64,000 nt of DNA from a virus (Duplodnaviria; Caudoviricetes). Shown here piece after piece: positions 39,161-47,380 of the stretch. The translations under genes were made by a program, and so were the position numbers. The stretch is from positions 85,818 to 149,817 of IMG/VR virus record IMGVR_UViG_3300043391_000853; one strand, 5' to 3'. Under the pieces are notes generated by a model, which worked only from the letters and a program-made list of their open reading frames with translations, had not been told where the DNA came from and ran no database searches. Within the stretch, counting starts at the first letter, position 1. Every line of letters begins with the position of its first letter.

Positions 39161-39718
39161 TTAGATGGCGAGCTTGATACAGACGACAGTTGCGTCAGTC
39201 TGGTACTGAACACCGTTAAGTGTTGCAGTGACCTTGCCTGGAAGGGACCTGGAGGCTTCCACAACTTGTCCGATGATCTTCTGTCCAGTGGTGGCGGAGG
39301 TAGGACCTCCTGTCTGCGTAACCACAGCGCCGGGATCGGCTACAATAACAAGGTTACCGTTAACGTCGGCACTGACATACTTGCCTGGAACGAACCCTGC
39401 TGACCCAGCTCCTGTGGAGCCGCCTGCAGTGTTTGTGAACTTGTCTGTCTCGATGACGCTTGCACCGTCGAGGGCGTAAACACCAATCTTACCGGATTCG
39501 ATAACGTCTCCAGCAGATTGACTGTTGATAGCGAATCCGTAGATCGCTGAGCCGTCGGCAGCTTCTGTGTCATTGGCTGCGAAGCCCTTATAGACTTTGC
39601 CGTCTGCCTGAATACGTACTACATGACCGGCTTCGATGCCTGTTACACCGGAACCAGGGGCAGCTACATAGTTTACTTGATGCAAACTAAGAGCGGGGCC
39701 TTTCTTGAAATTAATCAT
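39161..39718 (-). CDS. Capsid decoration/cement protein
   Basis: Gly-rich beta protein directly upstream of the capsid gene with AGGAG RBS; GHVVRI...GFAIN...GKYVSADVNGNL...IIGQV pattern. Confidence 0.65.
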   Translation of the reverse strand: MINFKKGPALSLHQVNYVAAPGSGVTGIEAGHVVRIQADGKVYKGFAANDTEAADGSAIYGFAINSQSAGDVIESGKIGVYALDGASVIETDKFTNTAGGSTGAGSAGFVPGKYVSADVNGNLVIVADPGAVVTQTGGPTSATTGQKIIGQVVEASRSLPGKVTATLNGVQYQTDATVVCIKLAI

Positions 39719-39835
39719 AATAAGTTACTCCTATTTATTTGTTGTTGATTTTGATTGGGTTATTACCCGTGTTGTTTTGCACCCCGATTGCCGATCAAGG
39801 CTGTTTCGGAAATGGTCCACGAAAGTTATATTAAT

Positions 39836-39864
39836 ATTGTCGCTAATACGTAGTACCAAGTCAA
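39836..39864 (-). promoter_or_regulatory. Sigma70-like promoter of the decoration/capsid operon
   Basis: TTGACT-N17-GACAAT, followed by a leader of about 110 nt. Confidence 0.5.
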
Positions 39865-39876
39865 CGATATTTTAAA

Positions 39877-40491
39877 TTATTTTTTAGCCTGCTTAGAAGG
39901 CTTGCTCTTCCTGGCGGCTGGCGCGGGCTCTTGCTCAGGTGCGGGTTCGTCTGAAGACCTGTCTACGCGACGACCTATCATTCCTCCTAAACCTCTACCC
40001 AGTACAGCTCCACCTGCAGCCATGAGGGGGTTGCGTGTAATCCCTCCACCCACTAAGCCTAACAATGTTCCTAGAGATTGTCCTCTCGATTGATGTGTGT
40101 CGGCGTCTAATTTGTTTTCCGCTATACGCTTACGAATTTCTAACTCATCCGGGGCTGGAGCGATACGCTCCTTGGGTCCTCTGTGATCTAGATAACTACC
40201 ATATGTGCGACCTACTCCAGACCCAACCATGGCTCCGAAGGGTATTGTTAACCCCATACCTGGACGTCCCCGCTTGGCTGCCAATGCAGCTAATCCTCCA
40301 ACAATTCCACCTATTCCTGTGCCTGCTGTGCGATAACTGTTGTTGGTGTAGTCGTCTTCAGCTTGCTGCTGCTCAGCTAAATAATCTTCGTAACCTTTAC
40401 CTGCATACTTTAAAAGATCAGGACTAGGTGTATAGCCGTGTTCCATTGCTCTCTTTACGAATCCTTCGATATATGCTTGTTGTGTGTTCAT
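39877..40491 (-). CDS. Putative internal head/ejection protein: shared module plus glycine zippers
   Basis: YIEGFVKRAMEHGY...LLKYAG; GTGIGGIVGGLA, GAMVGSGVG, GTLLGLVGG, GGAVLGRGLGGMIG. Confidence 0.6.
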   Translation of the reverse strand: MNTQQAYIEGFVKRAMEHGYTPSPDLLKYAGKGYEDYLAEQQQAEDDYTNNSYRTAGTGIGGIVGGLAALAAKRGRPGMGLTIPFGAMVGSGVGRTYGSYLDHRGPKERIAPAPDELEIRKRIAENKLDADTHQSRGQSLGTLLGLVGGGITRNPLMAAGGAVLGRGLGGMIGRRVDRSSDEPAPEQEPAPAARKSKPSKQAKK

Positions 40492-40492
40492 A

Positions 40493-40885
40493 CTAGTCTT
40501 CTAAAAGATTGTAATTACTGTCGTAGCCAAAAGCTCTGCGCATCACAGGATCTTCCGCATGGTTGGATGCTTTGACTGTAGCTACTTTACCCATATAAGC
40601 TACGTCTGCAGCGTTACACACACGTTCTACGACTTTCGCCAGGTACTCGACGTCTTCTCTGGCTTTCTTTACGAATAGTGCCTTTTCATCTTCATCGTTG
40701 ATGAAATCTGCACTGTACATAGCTTCTGCAGCCTTCTTGAGTGCGTTATCCAAAGATCTGTCGCTGGCGACTTTTTCTTCTGCCTGTTGGCTTTGAAGGG
40801 TAGTGACCTGCTGCTTAAGCTCTGATATCTCAGATAAAGCGACTTTAACAAAATTTTCAATCTTATGTAGCGCCTGTTTGGTCAT
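40493..40885 (-). CDS. Scaffold/core-like coiled-coil protein, KxA-rich
   Basis: KQA, KVA (x3), KKA (x2) and KAA in 130 aa. Confidence 0.6.
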   Translation of the reverse strand: MTKQALHKIENFVKVALSEISELKQQVTTLQSQQAEEKVASDRSLDNALKKAAEAMYSADFINDEDEKALFVKKAREDVEYLAKVVERVCNAADVAYMGKVATVKASNHAEDPVMRRAFGYDSNYNLLED

Positions 40886-41018
40886 GTTTAGCTTCCTCTA
40901 AATGTACTAAGCTTTGAATATACTTGAGCACTTTGTGTTTGTCTTCGTCACTTAAGTGCTCTAAAGCTGCTATAGCCTGCCGCTCTACAGAATACTGCTC
41001 TGGAGAGTCGGCAGGCAT
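40863..41018 (-). CDS. Small 51-aa protein missing from ORF track
   Basis: Manual translation MPADSPEQYSVERQAIAALEHLSDEDKHKVLKYIQSLVHLEEAKHDQTGAT fills the gap. Confidence 0.5.
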   Translation of the reverse strand: MPADSPEQYSVERQAIAALEHLSDEDKHKVLKYIQSLVHLEEAKHDQTGAT

Positions 41019-41041
41019 ATAACGTAATAAAACTGCAGCTA

Positions 41042-41998
41042 CTAGTCTTGGGTGTTCGAGTATGCGACTTCAGCCTTAAGCTTGTTCAAGACTGTTTCCG
41101 CTACAGAAGAGGCGAGCTTCTCTTGCACTTCCTGTGCGGTTTTTTCTGCCTCCACCTGGAGGAAGAAGTTTTCGTACTCGGCAACCTTGGCGGCAAGCTT
41201 TTCATTCGTCTCAAGCGCTTCCTGCAAAGCGGCCTGCTTTAACACTTCGTCAAAGTATTCGGCTCCGGCTTGCTCGGCAGCCTGCTTTTCATACTCTTCC
41301 TGCTCAGCTGCTTCCTTTTCTACGTGCTGCAGATCTTCTGCAGCTTCAGCGATCAAAAGATCGAAATCTCTACGTCCGGCTTCCTTGAACATCTCGAGCT
41401 CCTCTGCGGCTTCAGCTTCCTTTTGGAAGTCTTCTTCGTAGTCTTCGCTGTAGTCGTCACCGGCTGCCTTGAGGAGAGCAGCACAAAACTGGCGACCCAA
41501 CTCATAAGAGGCTACCTTCGCAGCCAATTCTTCTACCTGAGCCTTCTTGGCCCCAGTCAAAGGCTCAGCTTCGTCAGAAGAACCCTTCTGAGAATAGTCT
41601 TGCTTGTTGTTCTCAGGCTTGATGCTGTTCTTGTCAGTCTTTTCCTTGTCGTCGCCCACGCTCTCAGACCTGACATCACCTGGCTTGCCAGAAACACTGT
41701 CCTGTGCGTTGGCTTGCTTACGGATAAGATCGAGAATTTCGGCACCCAGATCGTTGGCTGTCTTCGCCTTAGCGAGAGGTTCAGAACCGTCATCAGAAGG
41801 CTTCTGGTGGTATCCTTGAGCGACGTTTTCCGGTCCTACGGAATTCTTGTTATGTGACTCATGTTCGTCACCAACGCTGACGGACCTGACGTCGCCGCCT
41901 GGAGCTCCAGAGATATTCTTCTGGGCGTCTTCTGCTTGCTTCTTCACCATGGAATGAAGCTGATTGAGTACTTCTGCGTGTTTTGTCAACTTAGCCAT
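41042..41998 (-). CDS. Prohead scaffold/core protein
   Basis: Acidic helical protein between protease and capsid genes; AGGAG RBS; 16 KxA motifs; internal ~60-aa duplication. Confidence 0.7.
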   Translation of the reverse strand: MAKLTKHAEVLNQLHSMVKKQAEDAQKNISGAPGGDVRSVSVGDEHESHNKNSVGPENVAQGYHQKPSDDGSEPLAKAKTANDLGAEILDLIRKQANAQDSVSGKPGDVRSESVGDDKEKTDKNSIKPENNKQDYSQKGSSDEAEPLTGAKKAQVEELAAKVASYELGRQFCAALLKAAGDDYSEDYEEDFQKEAEAAEELEMFKEAGRRDFDLLIAEAAEDLQHVEKEAAEQEEYEKQAAEQAGAEYFDEVLKQAALQEALETNEKLAAKVAEYENFFLQVEAEKTAQEVQEKLASSVAETVLNKLKAEVAYSNTQD

Positions 41999-42047
41999 AT
42001 TTTTCTCCTAATTCTTTAAGTGTTAATTGTTTATGTGCTGTATGGAA

Positions 42048-43337
42048 TTACTTCTTCTTTGAGTCTTTATCTTTTGAGCCTTTGCTTTCTGAGTCTTTGC
42101 TGTCTTTACGTGAAGCACGTCCAGCAGCTACGCCAGCGAGACCGGCAGCGGTAGCGCTGAGCTTGCCTCTGTGTTCGTATACCTTTTTGCCTACACTGTC
42201 AGCCACTCCTGCGGCAGCTACCGAAGGGCCAGCGAGATGCTTTTTTGCAAAGCGCTTGACCGGTTCAGCGATATACTTTTCAGCTAAATCTTTTGCTCCG
42301 GAAACCTTGCTCAAGGTTTCATGTACAATCTGAACTGCTTCATCTTCACTAAAACCATACTCAATGGCACTCTTAAAGATCCCTTCGCAGTAAGCGGCAG
42401 TTTTTGCCTCGTCTGCGTTTTCCTTCTTTTTACCTGACAGTGCATATGCTCCTGCTCCTGTAGCAGCTAGACCTGCTGCGGCGATTCCTGCTGCCCGACC
42501 GGGCCTTGTTCGGATGTACTGACCTGCGCGCCTGGCACGCTCTCCTGCTTGTCTTGCAAAGTTGCCTGCAGCTTCAGAGGCTCTGGAGGTGGCTGTCGCC
42601 TTACCTCCACGAACCAAGGTTCCGCTAGATTGTGGAGCTGATTTTGGAGCTGATTTTGGAGCTGATTGCGCTTTAGTGTCGTTTGAAGATCTTTCTACAA
42701 GAGCCAAGGCTCTGCTGGATTTTGGGGCTTCTTGTGCTTTAGCTGCTGCCTCTCTGGCTCTTCTTGCTTTACGTCCGCCGGCGGCAGTTTTCGATAAAGC
42801 TTCGACAGTTTCCGTAAGTGCCTGGTCGTACAAATCGACAGCCTGCTTAACGCTGATACCATTTACAAGCGCCTGGTTAATGAATCCTTCGATGTACGAG
42901 GCAGATTTAATCATATCGAAGGCGGCGGCTTTTTCTGGAGGCATCCCTGGAGCAGTCATCGCTTCTGGGTTTTCTCCTAGATGTCCTTGAATCGCCTGCG
43001 CAAGATGGGCTACATCTTCTCCTCCTTCGTGTTGCTCCGGGTTCTGCATTTCTCCGGACAATGCCTGTGCGAGTTGCTCTAGTTCTTCAGGAGACAACTG
43101 AGCCAGTAATTCCTCTACGCCTCCACCTTCTCCACCTTCATGCTCACCCTCACCCATCCCGTACTCAGACCCACCCATAGCATGCTCAAGCATTTCTGTA
43201 TCTGGAGACTCTGCAGCTTCGTGACCTTCATCTTCTGGCATCCCTCCGGGCATTCCTCCGGGCATTTCTCCGGGCATTTCAGCAGATTGTTTATTGAGGT
43301 AGTGAGCTATCACTGCGTTTACGTATGGGTTAGTCAT
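42048..43337 (-). CDS. Putative internal head polyprotein
   Basis: Acidic M/P/G/E/H-rich N-part, two copies of the shared module, each followed by a basic Gly/Ala-rich segment; MPGx and SAPK micro-repeats. Confidence 0.55.
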   Translation of the reverse strand: MTNPYVNAVIAHYLNKQSAEMPGEMPGGMPGGMPEDEGHEAAESPDTEMLEHAMGGSEYGMGEGEHEGGEGGGVEELLAQLSPEELEQLAQALSGEMQNPEQHEGGEDVAHLAQAIQGHLGENPEAMTAPGMPPEKAAAFDMIKSASYIEGFINQALVNGISVKQAVDLYDQALTETVEALSKTAAGGRKARRAREAAAKAQEAPKSSRALALVERSSNDTKAQSAPKSAPKSAPQSSGTLVRGGKATATSRASEAAGNFARQAGERARRAGQYIRTRPGRAAGIAAAGLAATGAGAYALSGKKKENADEAKTAAYCEGIFKSAIEYGFSEDEAVQIVHETLSKVSGAKDLAEKYIAEPVKRFAKKHLAGPSVAAAGVADSVGKKVYEHRGKLSATAAGLAGVAAGRASRKDSKDSESKGSKDKDSKKK

Positions 43338-43360
43338 AGTTGGTTCCTGTATATTTTTAA

Positions 43361-43389
43361 ATGTTAACTTAAATTTTCTGCTTGTCCAA
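43361..43389 (-). promoter_or_regulatory. Sigma70-like promoter
   Basis: TTGGAC-N17-TAACAT; AGGA RBS downstream. Confidence 0.55.
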
Positions 43390-43396
43390 GTCTTTT

Positions 43397-44845
43397 TTAC
43401 CTATTCTGTATTAAAACATTAAAAATAGTGTCTTCGTCAAGCTTGTTTTGAGAATCCATATATCTTAATGCTGCCAGCTTATATGCTGTGTATTGTTTTG
43501 CTAGTGTTTTAACTGCTGCTTCTTTTGAGAGTTCTTTTTCGTTTGTTTTTCTGTGCAACTTACCTGTGGGAAGTTTTTTGATTATAGTGATCTTCATTAT
43601 CCTTCCGTGTACAGGTTTGTCAAATAGAGAGTGGTCGTCGAAAAGGTTTTTAACCATACTCAACAGTCCTTTGGGTAGAATGTCAGATCCCGATGGCTCA
43701 AACTTATCGTCATTAATCTCCTGGTCTCCGTCCTCCTCCATGTCAGAAAACATTGACGGTAAATGCTTTTTGACTTTACTGGATAATTCTTCCGCATTGG
43801 ATCCGATTGACTTGCCTCCAAAAGAATATTTGATAAAGTCTTTTGGAGAAAACACTATACCGTTGTCTGCTAGTGCACGTAACAACTTAGAGGGTTCATG
43901 TTTTCGCAGTTCTTCGATAACATCGTCTGGTATGTCGTCAGCATGGTTGATCTTTGATTTCTGCTCCACGTCATACTTGTCCTTCGATGTTTTGGGTCCG
44001 TCTTGGATCACTCCTTCGAGGTGCTTTTCGATGGCTGCTAACTTTTTAACCAGGCTACGCTTTTCTGCAGCATGCTTACTAATGCGTAAAAGATTGTCCT
44101 CGTCGTCAGGTACCACAAAGCCTGGATAGATGGTTTTGTAGTCGTTGGCAGTTTTAATGTATCCGTTATCGGCTGCAAGCTTTAGGCTCATACCGATTCT
44201 ATCGGCAGGTCTACCTACAATAGATAACTCGAACCACTTGGGGTCGATATTGTCCATGCTGCACATCTCACCTTGTTTGTTAATTTCTCCAAGCTTCTTA
44301 GGTATGTGCTCGCAACGGTGATTGTCTGTTTTAGCTTCGTGACCGCACCAGGTGCATTTATCGTAAGCCACCTTCGCAGCCATACTCACGTTGATCTGCT
44401 TGCCTTCTGCAAGCTTCTGGATTTCTTCAGCGCACTTGTCGTTATCCATACCAATAACGAGCTCAATACGCTTCATCTTATGATTGTAGGTAGCAGCCTT
44501 AATGTTTCCATACTTAGGGTCGGTAGGCTTGTTTTTATGATGCCTATTAAGTGCCCGTCCATCGTATTTATCATCCTTCTTGCTGCCGGATTTAATGAAG
44601 GTCTTATAGTGCTTTAAACAGGAAGCTTCCTTAAAGATGTCTCCATTTCTGTTGGCTCCTGTGCCTTCGTAGGCTCCTAGTGCAATTACAAGTGCGTCTG
44701 TTTGTCCTGCAGTCTTCTCAACGCGAAGTTCAGAGTTATCAGAACCTGCCTTGGTTAATGTGTTAACATTATGAATCAGCTGTACTGGGTCAATGTCCCA
44801 ATTCCAGTCGTCTGTAGCACTAAATTTAATTAATCCTTTATACAT
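43397..44845 (-). CDS. Prohead maturation protease (HK97/assemblin-type) with CxxC...CxH insert and C-terminal extension
   Basis: NRNGDIF, LNRHHKN (His), VSMAAKVAYDKCTWCGH...CEHI (Ser and Zn ligands), FELSIVGRPAD. Confidence 0.85.
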   Translation of the reverse strand: MYKGLIKFSATDDWNWDIDPVQLIHNVNTLTKAGSDNSELRVEKTAGQTDALVIALGAYEGTGANRNGDIFKEASCLKHYKTFIKSGSKKDDKYDGRALNRHHKNKPTDPKYGNIKAATYNHKMKRIELVIGMDNDKCAEEIQKLAEGKQINVSMAAKVAYDKCTWCGHEAKTDNHRCEHIPKKLGEINKQGEMCSMDNIDPKWFELSIVGRPADRIGMSLKLAADNGYIKTANDYKTIYPGFVVPDDEDNLLRISKHAAEKRSLVKKLAAIEKHLEGVIQDGPKTSKDKYDVEQKSKINHADDIPDDVIEELRKHEPSKLLRALADNGIVFSPKDFIKYSFGGKSIGSNAEELSSKVKKHLPSMFSDMEEDGDQEINDDKFEPSGSDILPKGLLSMVKNLFDDHSLFDKPVHGRIMKITIIKKLPTGKLHRKTNEKELSKEAAVKTLAKQYTAYKLAALRYMDSQNKLDEDTIFNVLIQNR

Positions 44846-44847
44846 AT

Positions 44848-46992
44848 TTATTGTACTTGGTTGGCGGCATCAAACTCTCCTCTTGACTGGAGTAATGTCT
44901 TTTTCCAGTCTTTTTTCTGGTCGTCTGAGAAAGCGCGGTTTTGTATCGCTTTAATTAGATGGTATAACCCTGTTCCTCCTGCGGCTATGGCTCCTCCTGC
45001 GATTACAGGGGTCCTATACCTCGACCAGGCCTTTCTGAGATTGGAACCCTGAAGGGCTTTGTTTTGAAGGTCTTTTAAAGTACTGTCTAGAAAAGCCTTC
45101 CCTTTTGGGTCGCGGGCAGCGCTGAAGTCTCCTCCTTGGCGATACTCATGGACGATTTTCTTGATCAGATCCTCATCAAATCCTGTGTGAGCTCCAGTTA
45201 TTTTGTTTTTTTCAAAAATATCTCCAATCTCCGCATGCATGTTTGGAGCTATGTGATCGGCAATAAAGTCTCCTGCTCCCCAAAACTTGCCTCTTAACTT
45301 ATGTAGCGACTCACCTATTTGTCCCTTCAAGCCTCCCTTTGCGGAGGCGTTTTGCAGAGATTGATGCGCATCTGCGTATCCTCTAAGCTTCGCCATAGAG
45401 GGAGAACTTTTAGCCTTAGCAATTATTTTCTTTTTAAGCTCTGCCTCGTTAGGATGACCTGCGAGGCTGCGGTATTCCTCCAACAATCCTCCGGTTGTTG
45501 TGCCTTCAAGCTTGTCCAATATACCCAAGCGTTTTTCGACATTGCCGTCGAAATCTCCGAAAACTCGAGATATGTCAGGGCGGGCTCTTCCTGCAGGGTC
45601 CAAAAGCTCCGCTGAATTTGTCTTGTCAAATTTTCGATTACCTTCCCTCGCATCACTAGCATTTTGAATCTTTTTGGCGTTATCCCATCGGCGTAGAATA
45701 TCTGTGCCTATACCTCCCGCTGCTACTGCTGCACCAATCTCAGGAGATTTCCCTAGCAGGTCTGTTGCTACGGCTTGTGTAGGATGTTTGTCGTAAAACG
45801 TTTCTCCTGTGTTGCTTTTCAGTCCTGTCATATACTCAAGCCCTACTAAACCCTTTCTGACTTGATCTCTGAGTGCTTCAGTCCTGGCGACTTCATGTTT
45901 AGGTTGCGGGGAACTGTCCCCAGACGAAATTAGAGGGGATACGGCTCTGTACAAATCAGATTGTGTACCAGTGTTCGCGTCTTCTAAATCTTTCTTAAAT
46001 TGTGATAGTGCTGTTTTTTTCATATGTTCACTCTGTTTGATCACTTCCTGACCTTGAGGTTGGGGTTGAACGGCTGTGGTTGGAGGATAGGATATGTTGG
46101 GCGCAATATTAGATGGCTGAGGGGCGTTTGATGGTCGGATGGTATTGCGTGTGCGTCTTGTGCTAGGTTCTGGTCCACCCACGACGTTACCTTGAGCGTC
46201 AAACATTGTTCCCTGTGCCTCCTGTCTTTGACGATCATTAGCTCGGTTGTTCATCTGCTTAGCCAACTCACTATTGGCACTCAAATTATTGAAGACATCT
46301 CTACCTGTATTTATTGTATCGGTAACGAAGCCTATAGCTTGACCAGCTCCAGGCAGCATGGCTGTTGAGGCTGCTATCCCATCTAACCCTGCACCTATAT
46401 AATCGTTTCTGCCTAGTCTATCGACTGCGCTTGCTGCTGACGATGCTGCCATTAATGGTGGAACTAATTTATTGGCTGCAAAATTTGCGCCACGCATGAT
46501 AGGGTTTCTAGCTAGATTACCTGCCTGGTTGATCGCCCTGTTTGTGGCCCGCTCAATCGCAGGAGGTTTAATTAATTTGCTTGCTCCGTATGCGGCAGCT
46601 CCTCCACCTGCACTCAAGGCTGCGTTACCATATTCTCCATTCGCTAGATTAGTTGCTGCGTTAACCGCTCCTACTGCCGCTCCCCCTCTAAGTGCTCCTC
46701 TCGTTAGCATTTTTCCTACAGGCTTTAATGCCTGTGGTGTTAATGCCTGGGGTGTTATAGGTACCCTTCCTGTAAGTAAGGGACTATGCCTGTTTGCACC
46801 GTATTCTAGCGCCCCGAAAGCTGCGTCTGCGGCTGCCGGTACGTATTGTGGATCCCAATCAATATTTTCATCTCTATTTGTAACATTTTTGGCAGCATTC
46901 ATTGCGCCTCGTGCAGCTCCTAGGTAATTGACAGGACCAGGCAGTCCGGCAGCTAACTTGCTCAATATACTGTTACGATCAGGTAATCCCAT
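44848..46992 (-). CDS. Putative internal head/ejection protein with several Gly/Ala-rich hydrophobic segments
   Basis: LSKLAAG near the start, internal KKTAL; GGAAVGAV, GAGLDGIAA, IAGGAIAAGGTGLY. Confidence 0.5.
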   Translation of the reverse strand: MGLPDRNSILSKLAAGLPGPVNYLGAARGAMNAAKNVTNRDENIDWDPQYVPAAADAAFGALEYGANRHSPLLTGRVPITPQALTPQALKPVGKMLTRGALRGGAAVGAVNAATNLANGEYGNAALSAGGGAAAYGASKLIKPPAIERATNRAINQAGNLARNPIMRGANFAANKLVPPLMAASSAASAVDRLGRNDYIGAGLDGIAASTAMLPGAGQAIGFVTDTINTGRDVFNNLSANSELAKQMNNRANDRQRQEAQGTMFDAQGNVVGGPEPSTRRTRNTIRPSNAPQPSNIAPNISYPPTTAVQPQPQGQEVIKQSEHMKKTALSQFKKDLEDANTGTQSDLYRAVSPLISSGDSSPQPKHEVARTEALRDQVRKGLVGLEYMTGLKSNTGETFYDKHPTQAVATDLLGKSPEIGAAVAAGGIGTDILRRWDNAKKIQNASDAREGNRKFDKTNSAELLDPAGRARPDISRVFGDFDGNVEKRLGILDKLEGTTTGGLLEEYRSLAGHPNEAELKKKIIAKAKSSPSMAKLRGYADAHQSLQNASAKGGLKGQIGESLHKLRGKFWGAGDFIADHIAPNMHAEIGDIFEKNKITGAHTGFDEDLIKKIVHEYRQGGDFSAARDPKGKAFLDSTLKDLQNKALQGSNLRKAWSRYRTPVIAGGAIAAGGTGLYHLIKAIQNRAFSDDQKKDWKKTLLQSRGEFDAANQVQ

Positions 46993-47004
46993 AGGTATAA
47001 TGAG

Positions 47005-47370
47005 CTATTCAGGATATTGTTGCGGCGTGGGTTCAAACTTATTAGCTATACTGTCTGCAGCCATATTTATTGGGTGCGTCACTAGAGGCATCGCGCCAAA
47101 GTTAATTGCCGCACCACCTAAACTGAAAGGATTTCTTAACTTTTTATGTGTCCATCTAGCTGCATCTCCTACTGTTTTACGCATACCTGTAGCGTTGACG
47201 GGAGTACTTTTGGCTATACCCAGCAACGCTCTTCGTATTCCCATATCCCCTAGGATCATTCCACCGACTCTAATCGCTGTAGGCAAAAAGGCTTCCTTGG
47301 TGATGCCGTATTCCTCGGCTCTTTTCTGCATACCTGCCATGAAACATTGTTCGTATTCTTCAGGACTCAT
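47005..47370 (-). CDS. Small protein with the shared module plus a basic amphipathic segment
   Basis: FMAGMQKRAEEYGITKEAFL. Confidence 0.6.
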   Translation of the reverse strand: MSPEEYEQCFMAGMQKRAEEYGITKEAFLPTAIRVGGMILGDMGIRRALLGIAKSTPVNATGMRKTVGDAARWTHKKLRNPFSLGGAAINFGAMPLVTHPINMAADSIANKFEPTPQQYPE

Positions 47371-47380
47371 ATAATTGATA

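Noticed and set aside
37977-39164. 395-aa plus-strand ORF
   Set aside because: Antisense shadow of the codon-biased capsid gene; crosses its terminator; no recognisable protein features.
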